Assembly: GCA_964291655.2 (NCBI GenBank)
Contig: OZ219802.1
Span: 1,568,001-1,632,000 of the forward strand
Source: Chloroflexota bacterium
GTDB taxonomy: Bacteria; Chloroflexota; UBA11872; VXOZ01
Length of the DNA stretch: 64,000 bases
Direction of reading: 5' to 3'
Shown here: positions 39,131 to 49,734 of the stretch, piece by piece
How positions within the stretch are numbered: position 1 is the first letter of the stretch
Layout of the letters: the number at the start of each line of letters is the position of its first letter
Program-made: the position numbers and the translations under genes
Notes under the pieces: model-generated
Databases searched by the model: none
The model's input: the letters and a program-made list of their open reading frames with translations, nothing else
What the model was told of the DNA's origin: nothing

Positions 39131-39600
39131 GGATGGATTCCCGCGTGCGCGGGAATGACGGACTTTGTGCAGTCTTTCCTACCGTAACGCGGGGGCTTGT
39201 CCCCCGCAGGAGACGTAGCGCGAGGGCTTGTCCCCCGCAGGAAGCTACTTCGACCGTAGCGCGGGGGCTTGTCCCCCGGTCCCTACATCGAAAGAGGGGA
39301 GACAGGCTGCCAATCTGTCACTCCGGCGAAAGCCGGAGTCCAGGGGCTTTGCCATGCAGCCTTTAGGAGGCGTAAAGAGAGACCAAAGTAAAAGACAGGT
39401 TACCTCCCCGTTTCTGATGCGGGGCCGGAGCCTTGGGAGTTCGGCGTTTGGACCAAAGAAAAATGCGCGAGAGTAATGCGGAGAAGATGGATTCCCGCGT
39501 GCGCGGGAATGACGGACTTTGTACTGTCTCTTCTACCGTAGCGCGGGGGCTCGTCCCTCGCAGGAGACGTGGCGCGAGGGCTCGTTACCCGCAGGAGACT
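39131..39600. repeat. Composite REP cluster: two (family C + tandem family B) blocks
   Basis: GATGGATTCCCGCGTGCGCGGGAATGACGGACTTTGT at ~39132 and ~39486, each followed by 2-3 CGTAGCGCGGGGGCTTGTCCCCCGC-like units. Confidence 0.9.
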
Positions 39601-39699
39601 ATTTCGACGTAGCAGAGCAGTCTGACAGAAGGACATTGCAAGTCCGGCAAGTAGTGCGGGGTGTGTTGCCCCGCGAGGAAGCACAGTGTGGAGTAGTAC

Positions 39700-40779
39700 A
39701 TGAAAGCGAAAATCGCGGTATTGCCCGGCGACGGGATTGGTGTGGAAGTGGCGGCCTGGGGCGCGCAGGTGCTCCAGCATGTGGCGGACTCTTGCGGTCA
39801 CACGTTTCAATTGAGCGAAGGGCGTATCGGCGGCAATGCCATCGACGCGACCGGAGCGCCCTTGCCTGACGACTCGCTGGCGCTCTGCAAGCAAGCCGAC
39901 GCCATCCTCGTGGGCGCGGTGGGCGGTCCCAAGTGGGACGTCGGGCCGCCGGAGGCGCGACCGGAGTACGGCCTGCTGCGCTTGCGCAAAGAGCTGCGTC
40001 TCTATGCCAACCTACGCCCGGTGAAGACTTTTCCCGCGCTCATTGAATCCTCGCCGCTGAAGCGCGAGATTGTGGACGGCACCGACTTGCTGGTGCTGCG
40101 GGAGCTTACCGGCGGCCTCTACTTCGGCCGTCCGCGCGGGCGAAGCGCCAATAAGCAGGGCATTCGCGTAAAGGACACGCTCACCTATACGAGCGGCGAG
40201 ATGGAGCGCATCATCCGCTTGGGCTTCGATCTTGCCCGGCAGCGCCGCAAGCAATTGGCCTCGGTGGATAAGGCTAACGTGCTGGCAAGCAGCGGGCTGT
40301 GGCGCGAGATTGCAGAGCAAGTGGCCGAGGAGTATCCCGATGTATCGGTAGAGCATATCCTGGTGGACGCCTGCGCCATGCACCTCATCAATGATCCACA
40401 ACGATTCGACGTGCTGGTGACCGAGAATATGTTCGGCGACATTCTCTCGGACGAGGCTTCCGTGCTGACGGGCAGCCTGGGCATGCTGCCGAGCGCCAGC
40501 CTGGGCCGCGGGCGGCGCGGACTTTACGAGCCGGTGCACGGCACGGCCCCGGACATTGCCGGCCAGAACAAGGCGAATCCCCTGGCCGCCATTCTCTCTG
40601 CGGCCATGCTGCTGCGCCATTCTTTGGGCCTGGAGCAGGAAGCAGAGGCAATTGAAAGCGCGGTGGAAGACGTGCTGGCAGCAGGCTACCGCACGCCGGA
40701 CCTGGCAAGCGGTGCGGCTGGCGAACGCGCGGTGGGAACGCAAGAGATGGGCGAAGCCGTGCTGCAGCGGATCGGCTAG
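39700..40779 (+). CDS. leuB: 3-isopropylmalate dehydrogenase
   Basis: [52 protein letters not shown]. Confidence 0.96.
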   Translation: MKAKIAVLPGDGIGVEVAAWGAQVLQHVADSCGHTFQLSEGRIGGNAIDATGAPLPDDSLALCKQADAILVGAVGGPKWDVGPPEARPEYGLLRLRKELRLYANLRPVKTFPALIESSPLKREIVDGTDLLVLRELTGGLYFGRPRGRSANKQGIRVKDTLTYTSGEMERIIRLGFDLARQRRKQLASVDKANVLASSGLWREIAEQVAEEYPDVSVEHILVDACAMHLINDPQRFDVLVTENMFGDILSDEASVLTGSLGMLPSASLGRGRRGLYEPVHGTAPDIAGQNKANPLAAILSAAMLLRHSLGLEQEAEAIESAVEDVLAAGYRTPDLASGAAGERAVGTQEMGEAVLQRIG

Positions 40780-40897
40780 GATTGCTTTCCCACTGGAACG
40801 CCTGCAGACAGCGCTCATCGTGTCTGGAGCAGCGTGCGAATGTGCAACTGCACCGCCGTTTCGGCCTAACACCTTAGGGGCGGCTCCAATGAATCCT

Positions 40898-40998
40898 CGT
40901 AGCGCGGGGGCTTGTCCCCCGCTTTCCGGTCGCCAGAATTAGCGGCTCACAGGGGGATGTACGGTAAAGATGGATTCCCGCGCACGCGGGAATGACGG
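40898..40998. repeat. Family-B plus family-C palindromes
   Basis: CGTAGCGCGGGGGCTTGTCCCCCGC and TGGATTCCCGCGCACGCGGGAATGACGG. Confidence 0.85.
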
Positions 40999-41094
40999 AT
41001 TGAACCCCTGTGCCAGAGACTCAGACTATTCGTTAATTAAGACGGATTCGGTTTTGACACTCCTCGCAGTTGTCGTGGAAAGGACTATGTCCCC

Positions 41095-41889
41095 ATGGAT
41101 CTTGGTTTGGCGGGAAAAGTAGCCGTCGTCACCGGCGGCAGCCGTGGTATCGGCCGGGCAACGGCGCTCACGTTTGCGGAGGAAGGAGCTGCCGTGGCCA
41201 TTTGCGCCCGCGGCAGCGAGACTCTTCAAGAGACCTTGGTAGAGATTCGTTCGCGCGGAGTGAACGCCTTCGGCATGGCCGTGGACGTAACGCAGCGCAC
41301 CGAGGTGGAGTCGTTTATCGAGGCGAGCGCCGAGGCTTTGGGCGGCATTGACATGCTCATCAATAACGTCGGCGGTTCTGTAGGTAAGGGGTTGATGGAC
41401 TCTACGGACGAAGAGTGGATCGACACGTTCGATCTCAACCTCTTCCACGCGGTGCGCACCTCCCGGGCCGCGGTACCGCACATGCGCAAGCGGCGCAGCG
41501 GCTCGATCGTGGTCATATCGTCCATTTCAGGCCTGAAACCGGCGCCCGGCAGCCAGTACGGCGCCGCAAAAGCGGCGGAGGTGTTCGTGAGCGGCGCATT
41601 GGCGATGGAGTTGGGGCCGGACAATATCCGCGTAAATACGGTCAGTCCCGGCTCGATTCTCTTTCCGGGCGGGGGCTGGGCACAGCGGCAGCATGAAGAT
41701 CCGGAGGGATTCGGCAAATTTGCGGTAGAGGAGTACCCGCTGGGCCGCCTGGGCACGGCCGAGGAAGTGGCGCGGGCGGTGGTCTTTGTCGCCTCACCCG
41801 CCGGAAGCTGGATCAACGGCACGAACATTTCCGTGGACGGCGCCCAGCAACAACCGGGCATGTTCGAGAAAGGCCCCGTGTGGCAGTAA
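41095..41889 (+). CDS. Short-chain dehydrogenase/reductase
   Basis: TGGSRGIG, NNVG, YGAAK, PLGRLG. Confidence 0.93.
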   Translation: MDLGLAGKVAVVTGGSRGIGRATALTFAEEGAAVAICARGSETLQETLVEIRSRGVNAFGMAVDVTQRTEVESFIEASAEALGGIDMLINNVGGSVGKGLMDSTDEEWIDTFDLNLFHAVRTSRAAVPHMRKRRSGSIVVISSISGLKPAPGSQYGAAKAAEVFVSGALAMELGPDNIRVNTVSPGSILFPGGGWAQRQHEDPEGFGKFAVEEYPLGRLGTAEEVARAVVFVASPAGSWINGTNISVDGAQQQPGMFEKGPVWQ

Positions 41890-42200
41890 GCCTCTCATGG
41901 AAAGACGTAGGGGCACGACATGTCGTGCCCCTCGAGCCCACAGCCAGGGCTGCCAGACTCCGCAACTTCCGCGGGAGCTTTCCTGTCTAAGATAAAGTTC
42001 AAGTCCAAGAGCGGGAGACAAGCCTCAATGTTGTCTCATTAGCCGCCGGGGTGAAGAACATGCGGTTCTCGGTGCCCTGCCCGGTAGCACAGGTTTCTAA
42101 CCTGCATCCGCATCCTCCTGCTGGGACGCATTCCTTGTGATTGCATGTCTCACTTCATTGCCGCAACGCTGCATTTTCCCCTCACCCCAGCCCTCTCCCC

Positions 42201-43465
42201 TGTACAGACCGGGGACATAGGTAACAGATGTTCGGGTAGATAGGTTACACATTTTGTGCTCTGAGGTCTATGGTTTTTACTCTTTGGATCGAGAAGTACA
42301 CGTCCCAGACACCGTCCGTTCGGGTGGGTCGCAGGGCGACTTGCTTGTGCGTGAAGGCCCTGCCCACACGGAGCCGTCTGCCTTGGAAGGAGATGCGGCC
42401 GGAGACATCGACGCTGCGTACGCGGTCGTCGGGAGCGTAGGCGAGGGCAGGCAAGGTCTCTGGGAAAGGGCGAGGACTAGGCGTGTATCTGGTAATGGGA
42501 GTGTCGAGATCGAGGGCATGGTGTGGGCGTTCCAAGTTGTAGAAGTGGCGCCAGGTGTCAAAGGCGCGCTGGCAATGGTCCAGGTCGGTGAAGCTGGTTC
42601 CTGCCAGCAGTTCGCTCTTGAGGGAGCGGTGGAAGCGTTCCAGCTTGCCGAGTGTCTGGGGATGGTAGGGTCGGCTGTGCAGGACGTTGATGCCCAGCTG
42701 CATGAGCCAGACGGTGAGGGGCGTGAAGGGCTGGGCACTGTCGTTACCCCAGGGAGAGCCGTTGTCCATGAGCATGGCCTGGGGCAAGCCGTAGCGGCGA
42801 AAGACAGCGGTGAGGCGGTCTTGGACCGTCTCTCCCCGCTCGTTGGCACAGGCCTGTAACCCGAGGTTGAAGCGGGAGTGATCGTCTAGGAGGGTGAGAG
42901 GATGACAGCGGTTCTGCTGCAGGGCGAAATGCCCCTTGAAGTCCATCTGCCACAGCTCGTTGGGCTGGGGTCGTTCGAAGCGCACGTGGGGCGTGTGCTT
43001 CGCGCTCTCTGTGGGATCAATGAGCCCATGGCGTGTGAGCACAGCGTGGATGGTGCTCTTGGCCGGCACGTCGGTGACCCCCTGGTCCTGCAGCATCCGG
43101 CGCAGCACGTGTGCGCCTTTCTTCGGATGCGCCAGGCGCAAGGCGATGATGCGCTCCTCCAGCGCCGGGCGCGTGCGGTGCGGACACGTGTGCGGCCGCC
43201 GCGACCGGTCGTGCAAACCGTCTTCGCCAGCTTCCGCATACCGCTCCAGCGTCTTGTACGCCGTCTTGCGACTGATCTCCAGACGGCGACACAGCTCGCT
43301 GATGTTGGCCCCTTCCATCAGTGCCAGTGCAATGAACTCCTTGCGTTCAGACACAACCGTACTCTCCTTCCAAGGCATGGCGCTCCTCCATCTGTAAGAA
43401 TCTCCATGCCTTAAGGTGTAACCTATGTGCCCGAACATGTGTAACCCATGTACCCGGTCTATACA
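42201..43465 (-). mobile_element. IS481-family insertion sequence, copy 2 (1265 bp)
   Basis: Same ends as copy 1; 6-bp target duplication CTCCCC (42195-42200, 43466-43471). Confidence 0.95.
42245..43378 (-). CDS. IS481-family DDE transposase
   Basis: Near-identical to 13171-14304. Confidence 0.95.
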   Translation of the reverse strand: MPWKESTVVSERKEFIALALMEGANISELCRRLEISRKTAYKTLERYAEAGEDGLHDRSRRPHTCPHRTRPALEERIIALRLAHPKKGAHVLRRMLQDQGVTDVPAKSTIHAVLTRHGLIDPTESAKHTPHVRFERPQPNELWQMDFKGHFALQQNRCHPLTLLDDHSRFNLGLQACANERGETVQDRLTAVFRRYGLPQAMLMDNGSPWGNDSAQPFTPLTVWLMQLGINVLHSRPYHPQTLGKLERFHRSLKSELLAGTSFTDLDHCQRAFDTWRHFYNLERPHHALDLDTPITRYTPSPRPFPETLPALAYAPDDRVRSVDVSGRISFQGRRLRVGRAFTHKQVALRPTRTDGVWDVYFSIQRVKTIDLRAQNV

Positions 43466-43574
43466 CTCCCCAGGGAGAGGGAGCAATACACGCCTTTGGA
43501 GGAGAGGAGATACGCGCTCTCTATGCGTGTAGGGAATGCCAAACGTCCCCCTTTTGATTTTGGTGCGACAACAT

Positions 43575-43805
43575 TGGGGACAAGCCGCCGCGCTACGGTA
43601 GTAAAGTCGGTGTGTAACCCGTCATTCCCGCGCACGCTCGCTCCTGCAGGGGGCGGGGATTCCATCTGCGCTGCGTCCCCATGAACCCCGGACGCTGGAC
43701 GCAGAGTCTGCCCGTACTTGATACGGGGTTACAGACGAGTCCTGAGCACTTCGACAAGCTCAGCACGGGCTCTGTCGAAGGGCCTGCGCTACCGGGGGAA
43801 TGACG
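43575..43805. repeat. Composite REP cluster (B, C with insert, D derivatives)
   Basis: GGGGACAAGCCGCCGCGCTAC, GTCATTCCCGC..., CCTGAGCACTTCGACAAGCTCAG. Confidence 0.8.
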
Positions 43806-43826
43806 CTTGCAACTATCTGCTCCCGC

Positions 43827-44297
43827 TCACCCGTTGGGCTGCACCTCATTGATCAACCCAACCAAGCCGTACAACGCCACAATGTAGCCGTACCAACCGA
43901 AGCCCTGCACCACGCCGCGCGCCGCCGCGGAGATGATGGAGTGGCCGCGCCAGGCTTCCCGCGCGTGTAGGTTGGAGAGGTGCACCTCGATCACCGGAAA
44001 CGGCATCGCCTTCAGGGCATCGAAGAGCGAGGGGCTGTATTGGGTCAAACCGGCCGGGTTTAAGAGGGCGCCCTGGGCGTTGTCGATGTTCTCGTGCAGG
44101 AAGTCGAGCACCGCGCCCTCGTGGTTGGACTGGAAGCATATCACGTCAAAGCCGAGCTTTTCAGCCTCCTTGGTAACTTGCTCGTGAATCTGATTCAGCG
44201 TCACCGTGCCGTAGATTTCCGGCTGGCGGCGACCGAAGAGATTCAGGTTCGGGCCGCCCACGACAAGGATTCGTTTCGGGGGAATCTGGTCTGTCAT
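43827..44297 (-). CDS. aroQ: Type II 3-dehydroquinate dehydratase
   Basis: GPNLN..G.R.PEIYG, FQSNHEG, NPAG, IEVHLSN..ARE. Confidence 0.9.
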   Translation of the reverse strand: MTDQIPPKRILVVGGPNLNLFGRRQPEIYGTVTLNQIHEQVTKEAEKLGFDVICFQSNHEGAVLDFLHENIDNAQGALLNPAGLTQYSPSLFDALKAMPFPVIEVHLSNLHAREAWRGHSIISAAARGVVQGFGWYGYIVALYGLVGLINEVQPNG

Positions 44298-44692
44298 CAG
44301 TTTGCTCCGATCTATGCCTTCAGGGTAGGACTCATCTAAAAAATCATTGTTGGTTAGCAGTCGTCGTTCGCTGCATGGCGGATGGAATCGAACGGGATTC
44401 CATATTCATCTCTGCATTACATGGTACGTGAATTCATCGCGTAACGCCCACCATCAACGCCTGGCGCAGCTTCCAGCACGTGAGTCTTGCACACGTAGCA
44501 CTTCCTGTTCATGCTGAGCTTGCCAAAAGGTCGAAGCATGAACGGAGGCCCTGCGGCAAACTCAGGGCAGGCATGCTCAGAGCCTGCCCCGTGCTCGATA
44601 CAACGTATCGACACGATACAGCGTATCCACACGGATACGGGGACGAACGGAATTGCTGCTTCTCAACGAGTAGCAGATTGCTTACGGCCCGA

Positions 44693-45733
44693 CTAGAATC
44701 GTCCGTCGCGGACCTCAAAGTGTGTTGGTTTCGCATAGGCCGGCAGAGCGCGCTCGAGCCAGTCGGCGGTCCAATCGATCATGATCTCCAGCGGCACGAC
44801 CGGAGCGCCGAAGAGCTGCTGCGCCTGCGCCGTGCTGTTGATCCAGGCGGTCTCCGATTCTGTGCCGTCAAAACGCGGCGACGTGTTGAACCGCGTGCCG
44901 AAGGCATGAGCCAAGGAGCGAATGCTGCTAGCTTCCGGCCCGCCGATGTTTAGCGGACTTGTGGGTGTGGTGCAATGCAGCAGTGCGCGCAGGGCCTGAG
45001 CGCCGGCGTCGCCCTGCCAGATGACGTTCACGTGCCCCATGGTCAGCGGCACCGGTTCACCGGCGTGCACCCAGCGTGCCACGTCGTGCAGCACGCCGTA
45101 ACGCATGTCGATGGCGTAGTTCAGCCAGAGTAGGCGGCCCGGCGTCCCGTGCCGCTCTGAAAAGTATTGGAAGACGCGCTCGCGTCCAACGCAGGAATTG
45201 GCGTATTCGCCCACCGGTTCCGCTGCTGCCTTCTCGTCCCAGCCCTCACCGGCGACCGGCGCGTAGGGGTACACGCAAAGCGTGGAAAACGCCACAATCC
45301 GGGACTGGGCAAAGGCGTCAGCCACGATTGCGGGCACATGCGTGTTCATGGCCCACGTGAAAGCCGGGTCTTCCTGCGTGCCGAACTTCTTGCCTGCCAT
45401 GAAGATGACGTTGGGCAACCGTGGGAGGTCAGCAACCGCGGTGTGGTCCAAGAGATCGCACGCAAGAGTCTCGACACCCCAGGCCTCGAGACGTCCACGA
45501 ACTGCCGGATCGCTGAAGCGCGCCACGCCGACGACCCGTTTCTGCGGTGCCGCGCGCTTGGCCAGCCGCGCGAGTGTCGGCCCCACTTTGCCGCCGACGC
45601 CAAGAATGAGTATGTCGCCGTCGAGCCGCTGCAGGTCGTCGATCAAGGCTTGGCTGGGTCGCGAGAGCAGCTCCTCCAGTGCATCTACACCGGCAATCTG
45701 TGCTGGGAGGGTTTCGGGTGTGAGTAGATTCAT
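44693..45733 (-). CDS. NAD-dependent epimerase/dehydratase family protein
   Basis: LGVGGKVG, AGKKFG, EYANSCVGRER, LNYAIDMRYGVL. Confidence 0.85.
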   Translation of the reverse strand: MNLLTPETLPAQIAGVDALEELLSRPSQALIDDLQRLDGDILILGVGGKVGPTLARLAKRAAPQKRVVGVARFSDPAVRGRLEAWGVETLACDLLDHTAVADLPRLPNVIFMAGKKFGTQEDPAFTWAMNTHVPAIVADAFAQSRIVAFSTLCVYPYAPVAGEGWDEKAAAEPVGEYANSCVGRERVFQYFSERHGTPGRLLWLNYAIDMRYGVLHDVARWVHAGEPVPLTMGHVNVIWQGDAGAQALRALLHCTTPTSPLNIGGPEASSIRSLAHAFGTRFNTSPRFDGTESETAWINSTAQAQQLFGAPVVPLEIMIDWTADWLERALPAYAKPTHFEVRDGRF

Positions 45734-45761
45734 GAGCGACCTACCGCGTACGATGCCTCAT

Positions 45762-45992
45762 CCGTCACTCCGGCGGAAGCCGGAGCCCAGGTATGCGAGC
45801 AAGATGGATTCCGCGCCCCCACGGTGGCGAGCTTTCGCGGGAATCACCACGGCCTTACTCAGGCCGCACAACGGGAATGAAATGCGGCGGCCGGCCCTGA
45901 ACGTCATTCCTGCGAACGCCGGAATCCAGGATGTGCGCGACGACGATGGATTCCGCGCCCCTGCGCGGGGGCGAACTTTCGCGGGAATGACG
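45762..45992. repeat. Two inverted pairs of family-C palindromes, right-hand copies carrying 18-20 bp inserts
   Basis: GTCA(C/T)TCC..G.A.GCCGGA..CCAG paired with TGGATTCC-GCGCCCC...GGCGA-(G/A)CTTTCGCGGGAAT. Confidence 0.85.
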
Positions 45993-46195
45993 GAGTCTGT
46001 CGTGCTATTTTCAGGGTAATGACGGATCTTGATTCAGTTTCTCCAGCGGGGCGCTTGCGAGACTAACCTCTGGACGATGACTCAAGCGTGCCCCTCCATC
46101 GGTCACTACCTGCTGTGCAGAGCACCGCTCAGTCCGATGGCAATTCAGTATACCATGGACTCTGACAACCTCAGCGCAAGCAAGGAGCGACGGCA

Positions 46196-47260
46196 GTGAA
46201 GCGGGTGATGTTCGACGATCTCTATACGTGGTCGGTCTTCAACGAAGAGAAGCAATTCGACTTCAACGGCTACCTCTGGGTGCGGGAAGAAGGCAATATC
46301 CTGATCGATCCGGTACCTATGAGCGCCAGCGACGGGGCGCAATTGGACGCGCTCGGCGGCGCTGCGCTAATTGTGCTGACCAATCGCGACCACGAGCGCG
46401 ACGCCGTGGCCTTCAAAGCGCGCACCGGCGCGCATATTGTGGCGCATGAGGCCGACGCGCCGCTCTTCGAACTTGCGGTGGACCGCACGGTAACCGACGA
46501 CGAGGAGATCGTGCCCGATCTGCGGGTGCTGCACCTGGCGCACGGCAAGAGTCCCGGTGAGATTGCGCTGCTCTGGCGCGGCGGGAGCGTGGCCTTCATC
46601 GGCGACTACGTCTGGGGCCATCCCGTGGGCTCGTTGACGCTCGGCGCGGAACCGGCCGTGGCAGACCCGGCGCAAGCGGCGCTGCAACTCCGCAAGCTGC
46701 TGGCGGTGCAGCAACTCGACGCGCTGCTGCTCGGCGACGGCCATTCGATCCTAAGTGGCGCCCGCGATGCGCTGCTGGCTATGCTCGAAGCGCGCACGGA
46801 TATCTATATCAACCGCATTAACCTGGATGAGATACCGTGGTTGCCGCTGAAAGCTCCGGATGACTTCGTGTATGAATTCAAGAACATCGACCCGTTGATT
46901 GGCGCCCGCCACCTGGGGTATCAGGTCATTCGCCTCAAGCCGGGCAAGACAGCCTTTCCGCTCCACTTCCACCACCACGAAGAAGAGCTGGGCGTGGTCT
47001 TGGACGGGGAGTGCACGGTGCGGACCTCGCGAGGCGACGTGCCTGCGCGCGCCGGGGACTTCTTCGCGTATCCGCCCGGTCCCAACGGCGACCACCACTA
47101 CATCAACACGGGCGCTGAGCCCTGCACACTGCTGCTCCTGAGCAACGTGGTACCTGCCGACGTGAGCGAATATCCTAACTCCAACAAGGTGAACATGCGC
47201 TCCGTCCGCCGCATCTTCCGCAAACAGGACGCCGTGGACTACTGGGACGGAGAAGTGTGA
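46196..47260 (+). CDS. Metallo-beta-lactamase-fold / cupin fusion protein
   Basis: ILIDP, LTNRDHERD, KSPGE, GD, GDG in the N-half; LHFHHHEEE...GDHHYIN cupin motifs in the C-half. Confidence 0.8.
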   Translation: MKRVMFDDLYTWSVFNEEKQFDFNGYLWVREEGNILIDPVPMSASDGAQLDALGGAALIVLTNRDHERDAVAFKARTGAHIVAHEADAPLFELAVDRTVTDDEEIVPDLRVLHLAHGKSPGEIALLWRGGSVAFIGDYVWGHPVGSLTLGAEPAVADPAQAALQLRKLLAVQQLDALLLGDGHSILSGARDALLAMLEARTDIYINRINLDEIPWLPLKAPDDFVYEFKNIDPLIGARHLGYQVIRLKPGKTAFPLHFHHHEEELGVVLDGECTVRTSRGDVPARAGDFFAYPPGPNGDHHYINTGAEPCTLLLLSNVVPADVSEYPNSNKVNMRSVRRIFRKQDAVDYWDGEV

Positions 47261-47464
47261 TAGGGATTGCCAGACTCAAGCCGGAAACTTGAGGGATAGG
47301 GAATCTTGTACCGCTAAGGCAACGGCGGGTGTCACGTCCGCTCACCTGGCTAGAGAACTATCGCACATTCCTGCCGTGCTATTAGCACCCCACTGCGGTG
47401 TGTAGTACCGTATATAAGGACGAATAAGGCGGCAAAGACCTCCAACATTCAGAAAGCAACGAAA

Positions 47465-48496
47465 GTGGCATCTGTAGTTCGGTTCGGCATCGCGGGGATG
47501 GACCATTGGTATGCCGGTTTCGGGGCGCTGCGGGGCATTGCCGCATGCGATAATGCGGTGGTGACGGCTGCGGCGCATCGCAAGACTGCGTACCTAGAGG
47601 CGACGGCACGAGACTTTGACATTCCTTATACGACCGACGACTATCACGAAGTCGTGCGGCGGGATGACGTGGACGTGGTCGTGGCGGCCTGCACCACGGC
47701 GGAAGCGCCCGCACTGTGCCAAGAAGCGGCCTGCCATGGCAAGCACATCATCTGCGTGAAGCCGATGGCGCTCACGCTGGCAGACGCCGACGCGGTGGTC
47801 GGGGCGGTCGCGCAGGCCGGTGTCGGCTTCTATCCGCTGGAAGCCCTTCAGGCAGGCGGCGGCGCGGCGCAACAATACGCGCAATGGCTGCAGGAAGGCC
47901 GCATTGGACGGCCCATTAGCGCCACCGTAATCCGGCGGGGTGGACTGCCCACGCAGGAGTGGCCCGGCGTGCACGTGGCCCGCACCTGGTGGCTGGATGC
48001 TTCCCTAGCTCCCGGCGGCGGTTGGATCGACCACGCGATCTATGACGTCCACATGCTGCGCAAGTTGCTGGACGCTGAGGTTGTCCGCGTGACCGGCGCC
48101 ACCGCGAACTTGGTTCACAAAGACATTCCGCTTGAGGACTTTGGGGTGGCGACGCTCACGTTTGATAACGGCGTGGTAGCAACGCTGGAAGTTACGTGGT
48201 CCAGCGGTCCCGAATCGGGCATGCACGCGTTCCAGCTCGTGGGCACCGAGGGGCAGATTGCTACGGACGGCATTTCCGGCAAGCTGGCAGTGCGGGGCAA
48301 CTTTGCGCCCTGGCAGGGCTGGGTGCTTTCCGATGCTGTCAAAGGTCAGAGTGGAGAGAGCATCGCGTTGATGGCGGACCATGTGCAGAACGGCACGCCG
48401 CTGCCGGCCACGGTCGAAGACGGACGGCAAAACCTCGCAGTGTGCCTGGCCCTCTACGAGGCCGCGCGCCATGACCGCGTCGTTATGCTTGCCTAG
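47465..48496 (+). CDS. Gfo/Idh/MocA family oxidoreductase
   Basis: FGIAG, HIICVKP, GGGWIDHAIY, EDFG. Confidence 0.88.
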   Translation: MASVVRFGIAGMDHWYAGFGALRGIAACDNAVVTAAAHRKTAYLEATARDFDIPYTTDDYHEVVRRDDVDVVVAACTTAEAPALCQEAACHGKHIICVKPMALTLADADAVVGAVAQAGVGFYPLEALQAGGGAAQQYAQWLQEGRIGRPISATVIRRGGLPTQEWPGVHVARTWWLDASLAPGGGWIDHAIYDVHMLRKLLDAEVVRVTGATANLVHKDIPLEDFGVATLTFDNGVVATLEVTWSSGPESGMHAFQLVGTEGQIATDGISGKLAVRGNFAPWQGWVLSDAVKGQSGESIALMADHVQNGTPLPATVEDGRQNLAVCLALYEAARHDRVVMLA

Positions 48497-48653
48497 CATG
48501 TGATGCTTGCCTCAGTGGTCTTGCGTAACATCTACGCCATTGGCCTGGGGACTTAACTTAAGGGGTTTTGCTTGGCGTTGCCGTCGCACAACGAGAATGA
48601 CTATCATCGCCCCACCGGAGTCGCATCACCCAATTCTCAGGCCGCGTCTTGCC

Positions 48654-48686
48654 CCCTCTCCCCGTGGGAGAGGGCCGGAGTGAGGG
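48654..48686. repeat. Family-A palindrome
   Basis: CCCTCTCCCCGTGGGAGAGGGCCGGAGTGAGGG. Confidence 0.85.
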
Positions 48687-48947
48687 CAAAGTGCAGCGAG
48701 ACGCTGACTAGGAGAGGGTTAACCAACTCTAGGATAGCGATTTGGCTGGTGAGCGCCGACGTAGGTTGCAAACCTGCGCTACCGGAGGACCGGGCAGGGT
48801 TGCGCCCGGGAATGCAAGAGATTCTTGCAGTGCGGCTGGGGTGAAAGCAATGAATGACGGCCCCCGCTGTCCGTATGTTGCCGGGTTTTCGTGCGGCCTG
48901 CCAAGTTCAATACCCGTTCATTCATTAGTTTTGCGCACGGCACATTC

Positions 48948-49706
48948 ATGAGCACAGTCATCGCGCTTGCGAATCAGAAAGGCGGTGTCGGCAAGACGAC
49001 CACCGCCGTCAACCTGGGCGCGTACCTTGCCTTGCACAAGCAAACGGTGCTCTTGGTAGACTTGGACCCGCAGGCGAACACTACCGGCGGCTTAGGCATC
49101 CCCAAAAGCGACCCCAGCATCTACCACGTGCTGCGCGGCAGGGCTGCGGCACAGGACCTCATCGTTCCGGTGGAGAGCGCTCCCAATCTCTCGGTGTTGC
49201 CGTCAAGCCCGGCCCTAGCGGGCCTGGAAGCGGAAGCCGTAAGCCTGCCGGAGCGCGAGTACCTCTTGCGCGCCGCGCTGGCTCCGCTGCGCGACGCGTA
49301 CGCGTACATTCTGATTGACTGTCCGCCATCACTCGGCATGCTCACGGTGAACGGCCTTTGCGCTGCCGATGAGGTGATAATTCCGGTACAGTGTGAGTAC
49401 TTGGCGCTGGAGGGACTGGCGCAATTGCTGGATACGGTCAGGCGGGTGCGCAGCGGGTTGCACCCGAGGCTGGGACGCGTGCGCATACTCATGACGATGT
49501 ACGACGTGCGTACTCGCTTATCGCAACAAGTGCGCGACGAGGTGCGGTCGCACCTGCCGGGTCAGGTGTTCGAGACCGTGATTGCCCGTAACGTGCGCCT
49601 GGCGGAAGCGCCGAGCCACGGCCGCACGATACTGGCGTACGATCCCTTCTCAAAAGGGGCCGAAGGCTATCGCCGCTTGGCAGAGGAAGTACTAGGCAGT
49701 GTTTGA
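48948..49706 (+). CDS. parA: Chromosome partition ATPase ParA/Soj
   Basis: [45 protein letters not shown]. Confidence 0.95.
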   Translation: MSTVIALANQKGGVGKTTTAVNLGAYLALHKQTVLLVDLDPQANTTGGLGIPKSDPSIYHVLRGRAAAQDLIVPVESAPNLSVLPSSPALAGLEAEAVSLPEREYLLRAALAPLRDAYAYILIDCPPSLGMLTVNGLCAADEVIIPVQCEYLALEGLAQLLDTVRRVRSGLHPRLGRVRILMTMYDVRTRLSQQVRDEVRSHLPGQVFETVIARNVRLAEAPSHGRTILAYDPFSKGAEGYRRLAEEVLGSV

Positions 49707-49734
49707 AGAACCCACACCATTACCTAAAGTGCCG

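Noticed and set aside
39183-39282. Three ~25-bp repeats with short spacers that look like a mini-CRISPR
   Set aside because: Spacers are only ~5-16 bp and similar, the repeat is the dispersed family-B palindrome, and no cas genes are present
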